Shown: positions 46,932 through 56,181, counted from the stretch's first letter. The stretch is DNA of 64,000 bases from an uncultured Thermoleophilia bacterium (GCA_963702475.1 CAVPCT010000005.1:800001-864000); one strand, 5' to 3'. The notes: generated from the letters alone by a model not told the origin. Numbers and translations are program-made.

Positions 46932-47701
46932 CGACGCCCACCACAGGACCGGGCGGGCGCGCCTCCAGCCGGCGCGCCGCGCGCCACACGCAGACACGCA
47001 ACGAGATCCTCGACGCGGCCGCCGAACTGGTCACCGAACAGGGCGCGGAGGCGCTCAACCTGAGCGAGCTGGCCACCCGGGCGGGTTTCAGCAACGCAGC
47101 GTCCCTGTACCGCTACTTCTCGAGCAAGAAGGAGCTGATGGGCGCGCTCATGCGCCGGGGGCTCGAGCGCCTCGAGGAGCACCTGCAGGACGTGCCCGCC
47201 GACCTGCCTCCGGAGGAGCAGGTGGTGGAATTCTGCCTCGCCTACGTCGACTACGCCCGCACCCATCCGGGGGAGCGGGCGCTGCTGCTCACCACCACCT
47301 CGATCATCGCCCCGGAGGATCGCGCCGCCTCGCTCCCCGAGGCGTTCGTGAGGCGGGTGTTCGGCCTCATCGCCGCCGTCATGGCGAGCGGTGAGGACGC
47401 GGCCGGGCAGGTCGCCGGCATGCAGGCCCTGAGCGCCGGTATCGGCGACCTCGGCCGCACGCTGCAGGAGGCGGGACGGCGGGGCGCCGGGCCGCAGGCC
47501 GCTGGCGCCCCCGACGTGGGCGACGTGTTCGCCATGCTGCACGCCGTGTGGGCCCTGGCGCAGGGCATGGCGGAGTACGACCGTCTGTACACCGGCCCGG
47601 AGCGCGAGGTGCTGCGCAGCCGGCACCGCGAGGTCTTCCGGGCCTACGTCGAAGGCTCGAAACTCGTGTGGGCGGGCCGGCGGGGCGAGCGGACCACGTA
47701 G
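46928..47701 (+). CDS. TetR/AcrR family regulator
   Basis: ILDAAAELV...LSELATRAG...SLYRYFSSKKEL; ATGA overlap with the MMPL gene. Confidence 0.9.
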   Translation: MTTPTTGPGGRASSRRAARHTQTRNEILDAAAELVTEQGAEALNLSELATRAGFSNAASLYRYFSSKKELMGALMRRGLERLEEHLQDVPADLPPEEQVVEFCLAYVDYARTHPGERALLLTTTSIIAPEDRAASLPEAFVRRVFGLIAAVMASGEDAAGQVAGMQALSAGIGDLGRTLQEAGRRGAGPQAAGAPDVGDVFAMLHAVWALAQGMAEYDRLYTGPEREVLRSRHREVFRAYVEGSKLVWAGRRGERTT

Positions 47702-47723
47702 CGGTCCCGTCCGCCCCCCCGCC

Positions 47724-48239
47724 TCAGCCGCCGGGCCGCTGCTCCCCGGCCAGCCTGTGCGCGGCCCGCTGCCCGGCCGCGCGGCCGAGCTCCCCGTCCT
47801 CCCCATAGCGCAGCGCCCGGGTCGGGCAGGCGCGCACGCAGGCCGGCTCCAGGCCGGCCTCCACGCGCGCCGCGCACAGATCGCACTTGTGCATGCGCCC
47901 GTCGGCGCCGTACCGCGGCACCCCGAAGGGGCAGGCCAGCGAGCACATGCGGCAGCCGATGCACAGGGAGCCCTCCACGACCACCGCGTCCGGATCGTAG
48001 GCCCGCCGCAGGGCTCCGCTGGGACACACGGCGACGCACGGCGCCCCCGCGCAGTGCTGACAGGCGAGGGACACGTAGCTCAGCCGCGCCTCGGGGTACG
48101 CGCCGTCCTCCACCACGAACACCTGGCGCCAGGCGTCGCTCGCAGCGCGCCCGTCGAGGTCGTTCTGGTCGTAGCACGCCACCACGCAGGCGTAGCAGCC
48201 CGAGCAGCGCTCCACGTCGAGTGAGAACCCTCTGCTCAC
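47724..48239 (-). CDS. 4Fe-4S dicluster electron-transfer subunit (DmsB-like)
   Basis: CSGCYACVVAC, CQHCAGAPCVAVCP, CIGCRMCSLACP, KCDLC...PACVRACP; GTG overlaps the upstream stop. Confidence 0.92.
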   Translation of the reverse strand: MSRGFSLDVERCSGCYACVVACYDQNDLDGRAASDAWRQVFVVEDGAYPEARLSYVSLACQHCAGAPCVAVCPSGALRRAYDPDAVVVEGSLCIGCRMCSLACPFGVPRYGADGRMHKCDLCAARVEAGLEPACVRACPTRALRYGEDGELGRAAGQRAAHRLAGEQRPGG

Positions 48240-50437
48240 GGCCGCCTCCCCTCGCCGGACACCCTGGTCAGGCGACAGCGGGCGCCCTTGTACGCCGGAA
48301 AGCCGGAGACGGGATCGAGGTGGTCCGCGTCCAGCAGCGTGTTCGCGTCGGCCTCCGGACAGTCGTGAACCAGGTGGACCACACCGGGCTGCGCGAGCTC
48401 GGTGATGTTGACGCGCACGCGCACCGCCCCCCTCGGTGTCGCCAGCTCGGCCCAGTCGCCCTGCGCCAGGCCCAGCCGCCGACCGTCGGCAGGGTTGAGG
48501 TCGGCGGCGGGGTCGGGGCGAAGCCCGCGCGTCCACGGCAGGCGATAGGTGCGTGAGTGCGCGAACATGGGCAGCCGCGACCCGGTGTTGAGCACGAGCG
48601 GGTACTCCTCGGCCAGCTCGGCGGCGAGCTCGTGCTGCGGCGGGACATAGACCGGCAGCGCGCCGACGCCGGTGACGGCGGCGTGCCGCGCGAGCACCGT
48701 CGAGCTGAGCTCCATCTTGCCGGTGGACGTGGGAAAGCCGCCGGCCTCGTAGGACCGTTCGCCGGGGACGATGGGATCGGGCACCGGCATGCCGCCGGGA
48801 TGCGCCGTGAGCTCGTCCATCGTGAGACCGCTCGGCTCGAGCAGCCAGTCCATCACGTGGTCGAAGGCGGCGGCGCGGGCGGCGGCCGAAGGCGGCTCGC
48901 CGTCCGCCCACGGGTCCAGCAGACCGTCGTCGAGCCTGAGACGGTGCGCGAGGTCGAAGACGATATCGGTGTCCGACCTGGCCTCGCCGAGCGGCTCGAT
49001 GGCCGGCCGGGTGGCCACGACGTACTTCTGCGGGTAGGCGCGCACCTCGCTGCGCTCAAGGGAACTGGCGGCCGGGAGCACGATGTCGGCGTACTTCGCC
49101 GAATCGGTGAGGAACAGGTCGACGTCGCAGATGAAGTCCAGCCGCCCGAGGGCCTCGGCGAAACCCGTTGAGTCGGGGAACATGCGGTGGTTCAGGCCGA
49201 AGGCGACCAAGCCGCGCAGCGGATACGGGTCGCCCGAGCGCAGCTGCCGCGGCAGGTCCATGCTCTGACCCTGGTCCAGGAGGTCGGCCCACACCGGGAA
49301 GCGGGCGGCGCCCACCCGCGGCGGCAGGTCGTCCCAGGGGCGCGGCAGCTCGAACTCCCTCTGCCGCGTGGTGAAGCCGCCTCCGGCGACCTCGAGCCAC
49401 GTGTACGGCTGCGGGCGGTTGCCTCCGGCCACGTCCCAGTTGCCGGTGAGGCCGATGAGCGCGTAGACGGCGCGCGCGTTCTGCACCCCGTTGGTGTGGT
49501 GCACGACGGACGCGCCGCTGGACTGCAGCGCCGCGGGCCTGGTGGTCGCGTAGAGGCGGGCGGCGGCGCGCACCTGCTCGGCCGGGACGCCGGTGATGCC
49601 CTCGACCGTGCCCGGGTCGAACCCGGCCACGTACTCGCGGTACTCGGCGAAGCCGTGGGCCCAGGCCTCGAGGAAGGCTGCGTCCTCGAGGCCCTCCTGC
49701 AGGATGACGTGCGCGAACCCCAGCGCGAGCGCGCCGTCGGTGCCCGGACGCGGCCGGAGGTGCAGCGTGGCCCGCTCGGCCAGCGGCGTGCGTCTCGGGT
49801 CGACGACGATGAGCCGCAGGCCCCGGTCGAGCGCATCGAGGAGCGGCTCCAGCATCGGCGTGCCGGCGTAGAAGGGATTGGTGCCCCATGAGAGCAGGCA
49901 GCGGGCGTTGCGCACGTCGGGCCCGCCCATCTGCCCGTACAGCAGCTGGAACGCCATGGCCGAGGCCTTGTGGCAGGCGCTGGACTCGGTGCAGAAGTTG
50001 GGCGAGCCGTACAGCAGCGCCAGCCGCTGGACGAACGGGCGCTGCTGCTTCGGGTAGCCGACGTAGAAGACGACCGACTCCGGGCCGGTCTCGGCCTTGA
50101 GGCGCTCGAGGTGGGAGACCACCTCGTCGAGCGCCTCGTCCCACGAGACCGGCTCGAACTGCCCGGACCCGCGCGGGCCGGTGCGCCGCAGGGGCGTCAG
50201 CAGCCTGTCGCGGTGGTACACGTACTGCCGCGTGGCGGCGCCCTTGGCGCACAGTGTGCCGCGGCTGTGCGGGTTCTCGCGCGAGCCCTCCACCTTGATC
50301 ACGCGGCCGTCGCGCACGTACAGGTCGAGGCCGCACTGGGTCATGGGATCGCAGATGGCGCAGACGGACTTGCGCACCTCGATGCCGGTGTCGTCTCCGG
50401 GGAGCTTGCCCCTGATCCTGCGCGTGAGCCTGTCCAT
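48236..50437 (-). CDS. Molybdopterin (bis-MGD, DMSO reductase family) oxidoreductase catalytic subunit, no export signal
   Basis: CAICDPMTQC...LCAKG Fe-S motif, RLLTPL, SWDEALD, RPGTDGALA, ADIVLPA, LNTGSR; no twin-arginine leader. Confidence 0.92.
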   Translation of the reverse strand: MDRLTRRIRGKLPGDDTGIEVRKSVCAICDPMTQCGLDLYVRDGRVIKVEGSRENPHSRGTLCAKGAATRQYVYHRDRLLTPLRRTGPRGSGQFEPVSWDEALDEVVSHLERLKAETGPESVVFYVGYPKQQRPFVQRLALLYGSPNFCTESSACHKASAMAFQLLYGQMGGPDVRNARCLLSWGTNPFYAGTPMLEPLLDALDRGLRLIVVDPRRTPLAERATLHLRPRPGTDGALALGFAHVILQEGLEDAAFLEAWAHGFAEYREYVAGFDPGTVEGITGVPAEQVRAAARLYATTRPAALQSSGASVVHHTNGVQNARAVYALIGLTGNWDVAGGNRPQPYTWLEVAGGGFTTRQREFELPRPWDDLPPRVGAARFPVWADLLDQGQSMDLPRQLRSGDPYPLRGLVAFGLNHRMFPDSTGFAEALGRLDFICDVDLFLTDSAKYADIVLPAASSLERSEVRAYPQKYVVATRPAIEPLGEARSDTDIVFDLAHRLRLDDGLLDPWADGEPPSAAARAAAFDHVMDWLLEPSGLTMDELTAHPGGMPVPDPIVPGERSYEAGGFPTSTGKMELSSTVLARHAAVTGVGALPVYVPPQHELAAELAEEYPLVLNTGSRLPMFAHSRTYRLPWTRGLRPDPAADLNPADGRRLGLAQGDWAELATPRGAVRVRVNITELAQPGVVHLVHDCPEADANTLLDADHLDPVSGFPAYKGARCRLTRVSGEGRRP

Positions 50438-50559
50438 CAGGGTGCCTCCCTGTCAGAGGTCCGCAGCACCTCGGGGATGTGGAAGCGCTGGAACCAGCGC
50501 TCGGCCGCGGGCAGATCGTCCAGGTCCTGCAGGTGGTGGAGCACGAAGGTCTTGACCAC
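50437..50559 (-). CDS. 40-aa ORF, probable truncated gene remnant
   Basis: AGGAG RBS 7 nt before GTG; MVKTFVLHHLQDLDDLPAAERWFQRFHIPEVLRTSDREAP; stop overlaps the Mo-enzyme ATG (TGATG). Below the ORF-track cutoff. Confidence 0.6.
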   Translation of the reverse strand: MVKTFVLHHLQDLDDLPAAERWFQRFHIPEVLRTSDREAP

Positions 50560-50670
50560 GAGGCGGCTCCTGGGCGTCGAAGGTCACGCAGTGCGGTGGC
50601 GGAGCAGGTCGACCTTGCCGCATGCGAGCGGGGAATGCAACGCGACCGAGACGCCGACCGGCGCCGGACG

Positions 50671-50898
50671 CAGAAGCGCCGGTGTGAACTGGCGGGTCAC
50701 ACCGGCGCCTCTGGAGGCGGCACGCCATCCAGGAAGGAGGAGGTCGGCCTTCCTGGGCGGCGACCCGGCTCAGTGGGGGCACACTGTTCACGCTGCCGGG
50801 CGTAGTGACGGTGAGGGGGAGACCGCCACTGCCGTTCTCTGTCTTGGGCCGCAGTCTGCCCCCCGGTTGTTAAGCCCGTGCGACGGGATTGTGGAGCC
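50671..50898. ncRNA. Candidate structured non-coding element of unknown family
   Basis: Four stems plus a closing helix found by eye in an intergenic gap (detailed under findings). No family recognised. Confidence 0.45.
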
Positions 50899-51060
50899 AG
50901 GTTGCGTTCGTGTTGCGGGCCTCGCAGGTCGTACGGCACTGCCGCGAGCTGCGGTCGCGGCACTCGCGAGCGTGCCGGGGGCCACCTCGCCGTCCCTTCC
51001 CGAACGCGCGGGGGGAAGCCCCCGGCCGGCGCCCCCGAGGTGCTAGAGTCGACCTCGCCC

Positions 51061-52269
51061 ATGGCCGTCGCGACTCACACCGGCTCCCGCCGCACCCTGT
51101 TCTCGCTGACCACGGGCCACCTCACCGCCGATCTCTGCGCGGGGGCGCTCTGGGCGCTCCTGCCGTTCCTCGTGGTCGAGCGCCACTACAGCTACGCGGC
51201 CGCGGGCGTCTTCGCGCTCGTGATCAGCGTGACGCACGCCGCCGTACAGCCGCTGGTGGGGGCTCAAGGCGACCGCTGGGACAGCATGCCGCTGCTCGGC
51301 GCCGGCCTCGTGGTGACCGGGATCGGCATCGGCGTGGTGGGGTTCGTCTACAGCTTCCCCCTGACGCTGCTCGCGGCGGCGCTGTGCAGCATCGGCGTGG
51401 CCGCCTACCACCCGGAGGCGGCACGCTGGGCGCGCCGGGCCGCAGGCGCCAAGGTCGCACTCGACATGAGCCTGTACTCGGTGGGCGGCAGCGCCGGCTA
51501 CGCGCTCGGCCCGCTCGTGGTCGCGGCGGTGCTCACGCCGCTGGGCCTGCACGGCACGCTCGTCATCGCCGCGGTGCCGCTCGCGGGCGCGGTGGTGGTG
51601 CTCACGTCCGTGAGCCGTTTCCGCGCCAGCGACCTGCATGCCCGCTCGCAGGCCAGGCGCATGGAGACGATGGCCTGCGAGTGGCGCCCCTTCGCCCTCT
51701 TCGTCGCCATGTTCTCCGTCTCTTCCGGCATCGCCACCGGACTGATGACCTTCGTGCCGCTGTACCTCGTGGACGCCCGCGGCGCGACACCCGCCGCCGC
51801 GAACGTGATGACGAGCGTGCTGCTGGCCGCGGCGGCCGCCGGCACGGTGCTCGGCGGCTACTTCTCGCACCACCTCGGAAGGCGGTCCGTGCTCGTGGCG
51901 CCACAGCTCCTCTTCGTCCCGACGATCGCGCTCCTGCCGCTCGTCGCCGGCTGGGCGATCGTGCCGCTGGTGGCCCTGGCCGGCGTGTGCTCGAGCGCCA
52001 ACATGGCGGTGGCGGTGGTCACGGCGCAGGAGTACCTGCCTTCGCGCATGGGGCTGGCCACGGGCCTCACGATGGGCGTCTGCGGCGGCGTGGGCGGCCT
52101 CATCGTGGCCGCGCTCGGGCCGCTCGGCGACGCGGCCGGCCCGGCGGCCGTGCTCTACGTGCTCGCCGCTCTCCCGCTGGCGGTCGCCGTGCTCGCCGCG
52201 CTCCTGCCGCGGCCGGCCGCCTGCCCGGACGACGCCATCTGGAGCCTCCGCGTGCACGCCCCGCGCTGA
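51061..52269 (+). CDS. MFS transporter (Fsr-like)
   Basis: GHLTAD, VQPLVG, AAYHPEA, SLYSVGGSAG.ALGP, AQEYLP.RMG.ATGL. Confidence 0.88.
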   Translation: MAVATHTGSRRTLFSLTTGHLTADLCAGALWALLPFLVVERHYSYAAAGVFALVISVTHAAVQPLVGAQGDRWDSMPLLGAGLVVTGIGIGVVGFVYSFPLTLLAAALCSIGVAAYHPEAARWARRAAGAKVALDMSLYSVGGSAGYALGPLVVAAVLTPLGLHGTLVIAAVPLAGAVVVLTSVSRFRASDLHARSQARRMETMACEWRPFALFVAMFSVSSGIATGLMTFVPLYLVDARGATPAAANVMTSVLLAAAAAGTVLGGYFSHHLGRRSVLVAPQLLFVPTIALLPLVAGWAIVPLVALAGVCSSANMAVAVVTAQEYLPSRMGLATGLTMGVCGGVGGLIVAALGPLGDAAGPAAVLYVLAALPLAVAVLAALLPRPAACPDDAIWSLRVHAPR

Positions 52270-52334
52270 CGCGCGCGGCCACGACCGCAGCGGGCCGGCC
52301 ACCTCGGGCCGGTCAGGTGTTCACGCTTCGGCCG

Positions 52335-52679
52335 TCACTGTGGCCGGCACTCCGCGCGCGCGCACCTGTCGGTCACGAAGAGCTTGTACTTCTCGAGGTC
52401 GCGCTCCAGCGTCGCCTGGGCGCGCGCGACCTCCTGCTCGGCCGTCGCGTGCGTCCGCGGCGTGTAGTCGAGCTCCACCGAGACCCTCACGAGGCGCTCG
52501 CCCTCCGTGGAGAGATCGACCTTGCCGGCGGCGATGTCGTCCTCGTCGATGAGGGGCTCCACGTCGGTGAGGCCCCGCGTGTACCCGCTGAGCAGCGACT
52601 TCAGCACGAACTCGCTCCACTCCAGATCTGCGAACTCGAGTGGGACGTCGACCTCGACGGATGCCTGGATGATCGCCAT
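52335..52679 (-). CDS. Small SRPBCC/cyclase-like hypothetical protein
   Basis: IQASVEVDVP...W and ERDLEKYKLFV resemble SRPBCC termini; GGAGG RBS. Confidence 0.6.
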   Translation of the reverse strand: MAIIQASVEVDVPLEFADLEWSEFVLKSLLSGYTRGLTDVEPLIDEDDIAAGKVDLSTEGERLVRVSVELDYTPRTHATAEQEVARAQATLERDLEKYKLFVTDRCARAECRPQ

Positions 52680-52827
52680 GACGCCTCCCTCCATCTCGAC
52701 ACGCCCCCCATGGAAGAGGGACCGTAGAGACAGTCTCCCCGCCGCGTGACGTTCTTACATCCTGTGGTTCGCCTCCTCCCGCGTTCGCGCGGTGGTACCG
52801 TAGTCACCGCGCACCTGCCGGGAGGAG

Positions 52828-53481
52828 ATGACAGTGAGCGAGAGCGCGGGCACTGCCCGGATACGCGTCATGATCGTGGACGACCACGAACTGGTACGCA
52901 GCGGGCTCGAAGCCATCCTGGACGTGATCGACGATGTGGAGCTCGTGGCCGAGGCGGAGTCGGGCGAGGAGGCGGTCGCCCTGTGCGACGAGCTCCACCC
53001 CGACGTGGTGCTCATGGACCTCGTCATGCCGCGCATGGACGGCGCCACCGCCACGCGGGAGATCCTGAAGCGCCGTCCCGACACCAGGATCCTGGCCCTC
53101 ACGAGCTTCTCTGATCCGGCCATGATCCAGGAGGTGCTCAAGGCCGGCGCCATCGGCTGCCTGCTCAAGAACGTGACCTGCGACGATCTGACCCTGGCCA
53201 TCCGCCGAGCCCATGAGGGGTCGGCGACGCTCGCCCCCGAGGCCGCGGGCGTGCTGATCCACGCCGTGCGCACTCCGCCGGCGCCCGAGACGGCACTCAC
53301 GCCCCGCGAGCGCGAGGTGATGGGCCTGCTGGTGCAGGGGCTCACCAACAGCGAGATCGCCGAGCGTCTGGTAGTGAGCCTCTCCACGGTGAAGACGCAC
53401 GTGAGCAGCATCATCGCCAAGCTCGGAGCCTCCACGCGCACCGAGGCGGCGGCCATCGCCGTGCGCGACCGGCTCGTCTGA
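52828..53481 (+). CDS. NarL/LuxR family response regulator (no adjacent kinase)
   Basis: IVDDH, VLMDLVMP.MDG, LTSF, LLK, LTPREREV...TVKTHVSSIIAKL. Confidence 0.93.
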   Translation: MTVSESAGTARIRVMIVDDHELVRSGLEAILDVIDDVELVAEAESGEEAVALCDELHPDVVLMDLVMPRMDGATATREILKRRPDTRILALTSFSDPAMIQEVLKAGAIGCLLKNVTCDDLTLAIRRAHEGSATLAPEAAGVLIHAVRTPPAPETALTPREREVMGLLVQGLTNSEIAERLVVSLSTVKTHVSSIIAKLGASTRTEAAAIAVRDRLV

Positions 53482-53723
53482 CCGAGACGACTTCGGCGTC
53501 ACCGCGGGCGGAGCTCCCGCCCGGCCGGTGCGACGCCGGCGGCGTCGCTGGTCCAGCGACCCGTATCGGTCACCTGGCCGATGCCGGTCGGACCACACGG
53601 ACGAGGCAAAAGACCCTGCTCCCGGCCACGTTGAAGACCGTTCCACCGCCCGATGCGCGACGCCGCGCACGCGCCTATGGTGAGCGCGTGCTTGGCGTGG
53701 ACGGCGACGAGGAGTCGGGGCAC

Positions 53724-53960
53724 ATGACAGAGGTGAGGAATACGCTCAGTCGCGAGCAGGTCATGAGGACTGAGCGACGCGCGTGGGCGTGTGGCAACAA
53801 CACCGGCGGCCGCGACTACTCCTTCGACGGCATCAACTTCTGGCGGCACCGCGGCCGCGGGGATGCCGAGCTCGTCGCCCCGTGGCGAGCCCCGACGACG
53901 GGCTGGCGGCATCGCGCCGGCTGCACCTGCGGGGAGTGCTCCCCTCTGGCGGTGGCATGA
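53724..53960 (+). CDS. Small hypothetical protein with C-terminal HxxxCxCxxC
   Basis: GAGGAG upstream; ends WRHRAGCTCGEC; ATGA overlap with the next gene. Confidence 0.55.
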   Translation: MTEVRNTLSREQVMRTERRAWACGNNTGGRDYSFDGINFWRHRGRGDAELVAPWRAPTTGWRHRAGCTCGECSPLAVA

Positions 53961-54376
53961 TGAGCACGCGGATCTCGGGCAGTCTGGTGCGCGGCGCCTC
54001 CGTCGCCCGGGCCGAGAGGGTCCGCACCTACGCCGGCGGCCGCATCTGCGCGGTCGAAGGCTGTCTCACCGTGCTGTCGATCTACAACCCGTCCCGGTTC
54101 TGCGGACTGCACGCGGCGCCGGACCGCTCCGGCGCCCGGCGCAAGCCCCTGCGCCCGCTGCGCCGAAGCAAGTGCGAACACTGCGGCACGGAGTTCGAGA
54201 CGACCAACCCGGTGCGCAAGTACTGCTCCGACCGCTGCCGGATGGCCGCGTTCGCGGCCCGCCAGCGGACTCCGGACGGCGCCCGGCCGCGCTCACGTGC
54301 ACCCAGTCGCGAGACGCCGCTCCCCCCCGGGCTCCTGAGGGCGGCCGGCGTCGGCAGGGACGTCGACGCCGCTTGA
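53957..54376 (+). CDS. Small double zinc-finger protein
   Basis: CAVEGC...LSIYN...CGLH and CEHC...YCSDRCR (CGNR-like). Confidence 0.7.
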   Translation: MMSTRISGSLVRGASVARAERVRTYAGGRICAVEGCLTVLSIYNPSRFCGLHAAPDRSGARRKPLRPLRRSKCEHCGTEFETTNPVRKYCSDRCRMAAFAARQRTPDGARPRSRAPSRETPLPPGLLRAAGVGRDVDAA

Positions 54377-54411
54377 CCCCTCGCCGCGCCGCCACCGCAG
54401 GCGGCGCGGCG

Positions 54412-55320
54412 TCACGGCGGGCACTTGCCGCAGATGGAGCGGAACTGCATGGTGCTCAGGTACCGGTCGCCGCGGTCCGGCAGGAGGACGACGATCGTGC
54501 CGCCGTCGATCTCCGTGGCGATCTGCATGGCCACCGCCACGGCGGCGCCGCTCGACGAGCCCACGAAGAGTCCCTCGCGGCGCGCCAGCAGTTTCGTCAT
54601 CTCAAAGGCCTCGCCGTCGCTCACCAGCCGGCGGTCGTCCAGCTCCTCCGGCCGGAAGATGCCCGGCACCATGGACTCCGTCATGTTCTTGAGACCCTGG
54701 ATGGCGTGGCCCTCCACGGGCTCCACGCCCACCACCTTCACGCCGGGCACATGGGTCTTGAGGTACCGCCCGGTGCCCATGAGCGTGCCGGTGGTGCCCA
54801 TGCCGGCAACGAAGTAGTCCACCTCGCCGGCCGTCTGCGCGACGATCTCGGGACCGGTGCCCTCGACATGCGCCCTGGCGTTGTCGGGGTTCTCGTACTG
54901 GTTCGGCATGTAGTAGAGCTCCGGGAAGCGCTCGAGCAGGCGATGCGCCTCGTGGATGGCTCCGTCGATGCCCTCGTGCGCCGGCGTGAGGGTGACCTGG
55001 GCGCCGAGGCCCTGCAGGATCATGCTGCGCTCGGCGCTCACACACTCAGGCATGCAGAGATGGACCGGGTACCCTTTCGCCGCGCCGATCATGGCGATGG
55101 CGATGCCGGTGTTGCCCGAGGTGGGCTCGAGGATCGTCTTGCCCGGAGCCAGGTCGCCGCGCTCCTCGGCGTGGCCGATCATGCTGAGCGCCGGCCGGTC
55201 CTTGACGGACCCGCCGGGATTGGCGCCCTCGAGCTTGCAGAGCACGCGCACGCCGGGCTTGGGCGAGCTGTTCATCAGCTCGACCAGCGGCGTGTTGCCG
55301 ATGGCCTCGAGCAGATTCAC
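54412..55320 (-). CDS. PLP-dependent cysteine synthase family protein (CysK/CysM)
   Basis: IGNTPLV, KLEGANPGGSVKDRPA, TSGNTG, GMGTTGT, GSSSG, DRGDRYLS; C-terminal SICGKCPP. Confidence 0.93.
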   Translation of the reverse strand: MNLLEAIGNTPLVELMNSSPKPGVRVLCKLEGANPGGSVKDRPALSMIGHAEERGDLAPGKTILEPTSGNTGIAIAMIGAAKGYPVHLCMPECVSAERSMILQGLGAQVTLTPAHEGIDGAIHEAHRLLERFPELYYMPNQYENPDNARAHVEGTGPEIVAQTAGEVDYFVAGMGTTGTLMGTGRYLKTHVPGVKVVGVEPVEGHAIQGLKNMTESMVPGIFRPEELDDRRLVSDGEAFEMTKLLARREGLFVGSSSGAAVAVAMQIATEIDGGTIVVLLPDRGDRYLSTMQFRSICGKCPP

Positions 55321-55390
55321 GACGGGGCACGCTCCTTCGTCCGCAATCAGCCGGAGCGTCAATCCTACTCGACCGGGCCGCGGCGAGCCG

Positions 55391-55528
55391 TCACCACCAG
55401 AGGCCGCTGGCCGCGCACCAGGCCGGGACGACGAGCGAGACCGCCACCAGCGCGGCCGCCACGACGAGCGCACCGATGCGCCTGAGGAGCGGGTGACGGG
55501 CGTCGTCCCTCCGCAGGCCGCCTCTCAT
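55391..55528 (-). CDS. 45-aa single-TM small protein
   Basis: MRGGLRRDDARHPLLRRIGALVVAAALVAVSLVVPAWCAASGLWW; ATGA overlap with the TetR stop; below the ORF-track cutoff. Confidence 0.5.
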   Translation of the reverse strand: MRGGLRRDDARHPLLRRIGALVVAAALVAVSLVVPAWCAASGLWW

Positions 55529-56181
55529 CCTTCGCCCTCCTGGGGCGCCGCGTCCACGGACGCCGCGTCCGGGAGCGTCGCGCCGGCGGCGGCCGCGGCG
55601 AGCGCGACGACAGCGCTCAGAGCGCCCCGCCGCACCTCCTCCGGGTCCTCTCCTCCGAGTCCGGCGCCATCGGCGAGCATGGGCTGCATGCCGGCCAGAC
55701 CGACGACGGCGGCGCCGACCGCCAGCGCGAGCAGGCGCGGGTCGACAGACGCCGTCCGCGCCGCCGGGTCCGCGTTGCGTTCGAACCAGTCGGCCAGAAG
55801 CCGCAGCGGGCGCAGCGGGGCCTCCTCGAGCAACCGCTCGGGAGCCAGACCATCGAGTTCGGCGCGGAGCATGAGCAGCAGGGAGGTGCGTCCCTCGCCG
55901 AGCAGGTAGGCGAAGGCCTCCTGCAGCGAGGCCAGCGATGCCGGCGCGGCGGCCTCCGGCGTCGCCATCGCGCCAAGGGCGCGGGCCTCGGCCAGCATGA
56001 TCGCCGCGACCATCTCGTCCTTGGTGCCGAAGTACCGGTGCACCAGCGCGTGGTTGACGCCTGCCGCCGCGGCGATCTGCCGCACACTCACCCCATCCAC
56101 ACCGTGCCGCGCGAACAGGTCACGCGCCGCGGCGAGGATCGCCCTACGGGTCACGCCCGAATCCCCTCGAGGGGCTCCCAT
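55525..56181 (-). CDS. TetR/AcrR family regulator
   Basis: ILAAARDLFARHG...SVRQIAAAAGVNHALVHRYFGTK. Confidence 0.9.
   Translation of the reverse strand: MGAPRGDSGVTRRAILAAARDLFARHGVDGVSVRQIAAAAGVNHALVHRYFGTKDEMVAAIMLAEARALGAMATPEAAAPASLASLQEAFAYLLGEGRTSLLLMLRAELDGLAPERLLEEAPLRPLRLLADWFERNADPAARTASVDPRLLALAVGAAVVGLAGMQPMLADGAGLGGEDPEEVRRGALSAVVALAAAAAGATLPDAASVDAAPQEGEG

Noticed and set aside
48236-50437. Selenocysteine recoding in the molybdoenzyme
   Set aside because: The reading frame is continuous with no in-frame TGA.
50630-50900. Cobalamin or Moco riboswitch
   Set aside because: Fragments such as GGGAA, GCCACTG and GAGCCAG occur, but the ordered B12-box and Moco consensus elements could not be found by eye. 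Kept only as an unassigned structured element.
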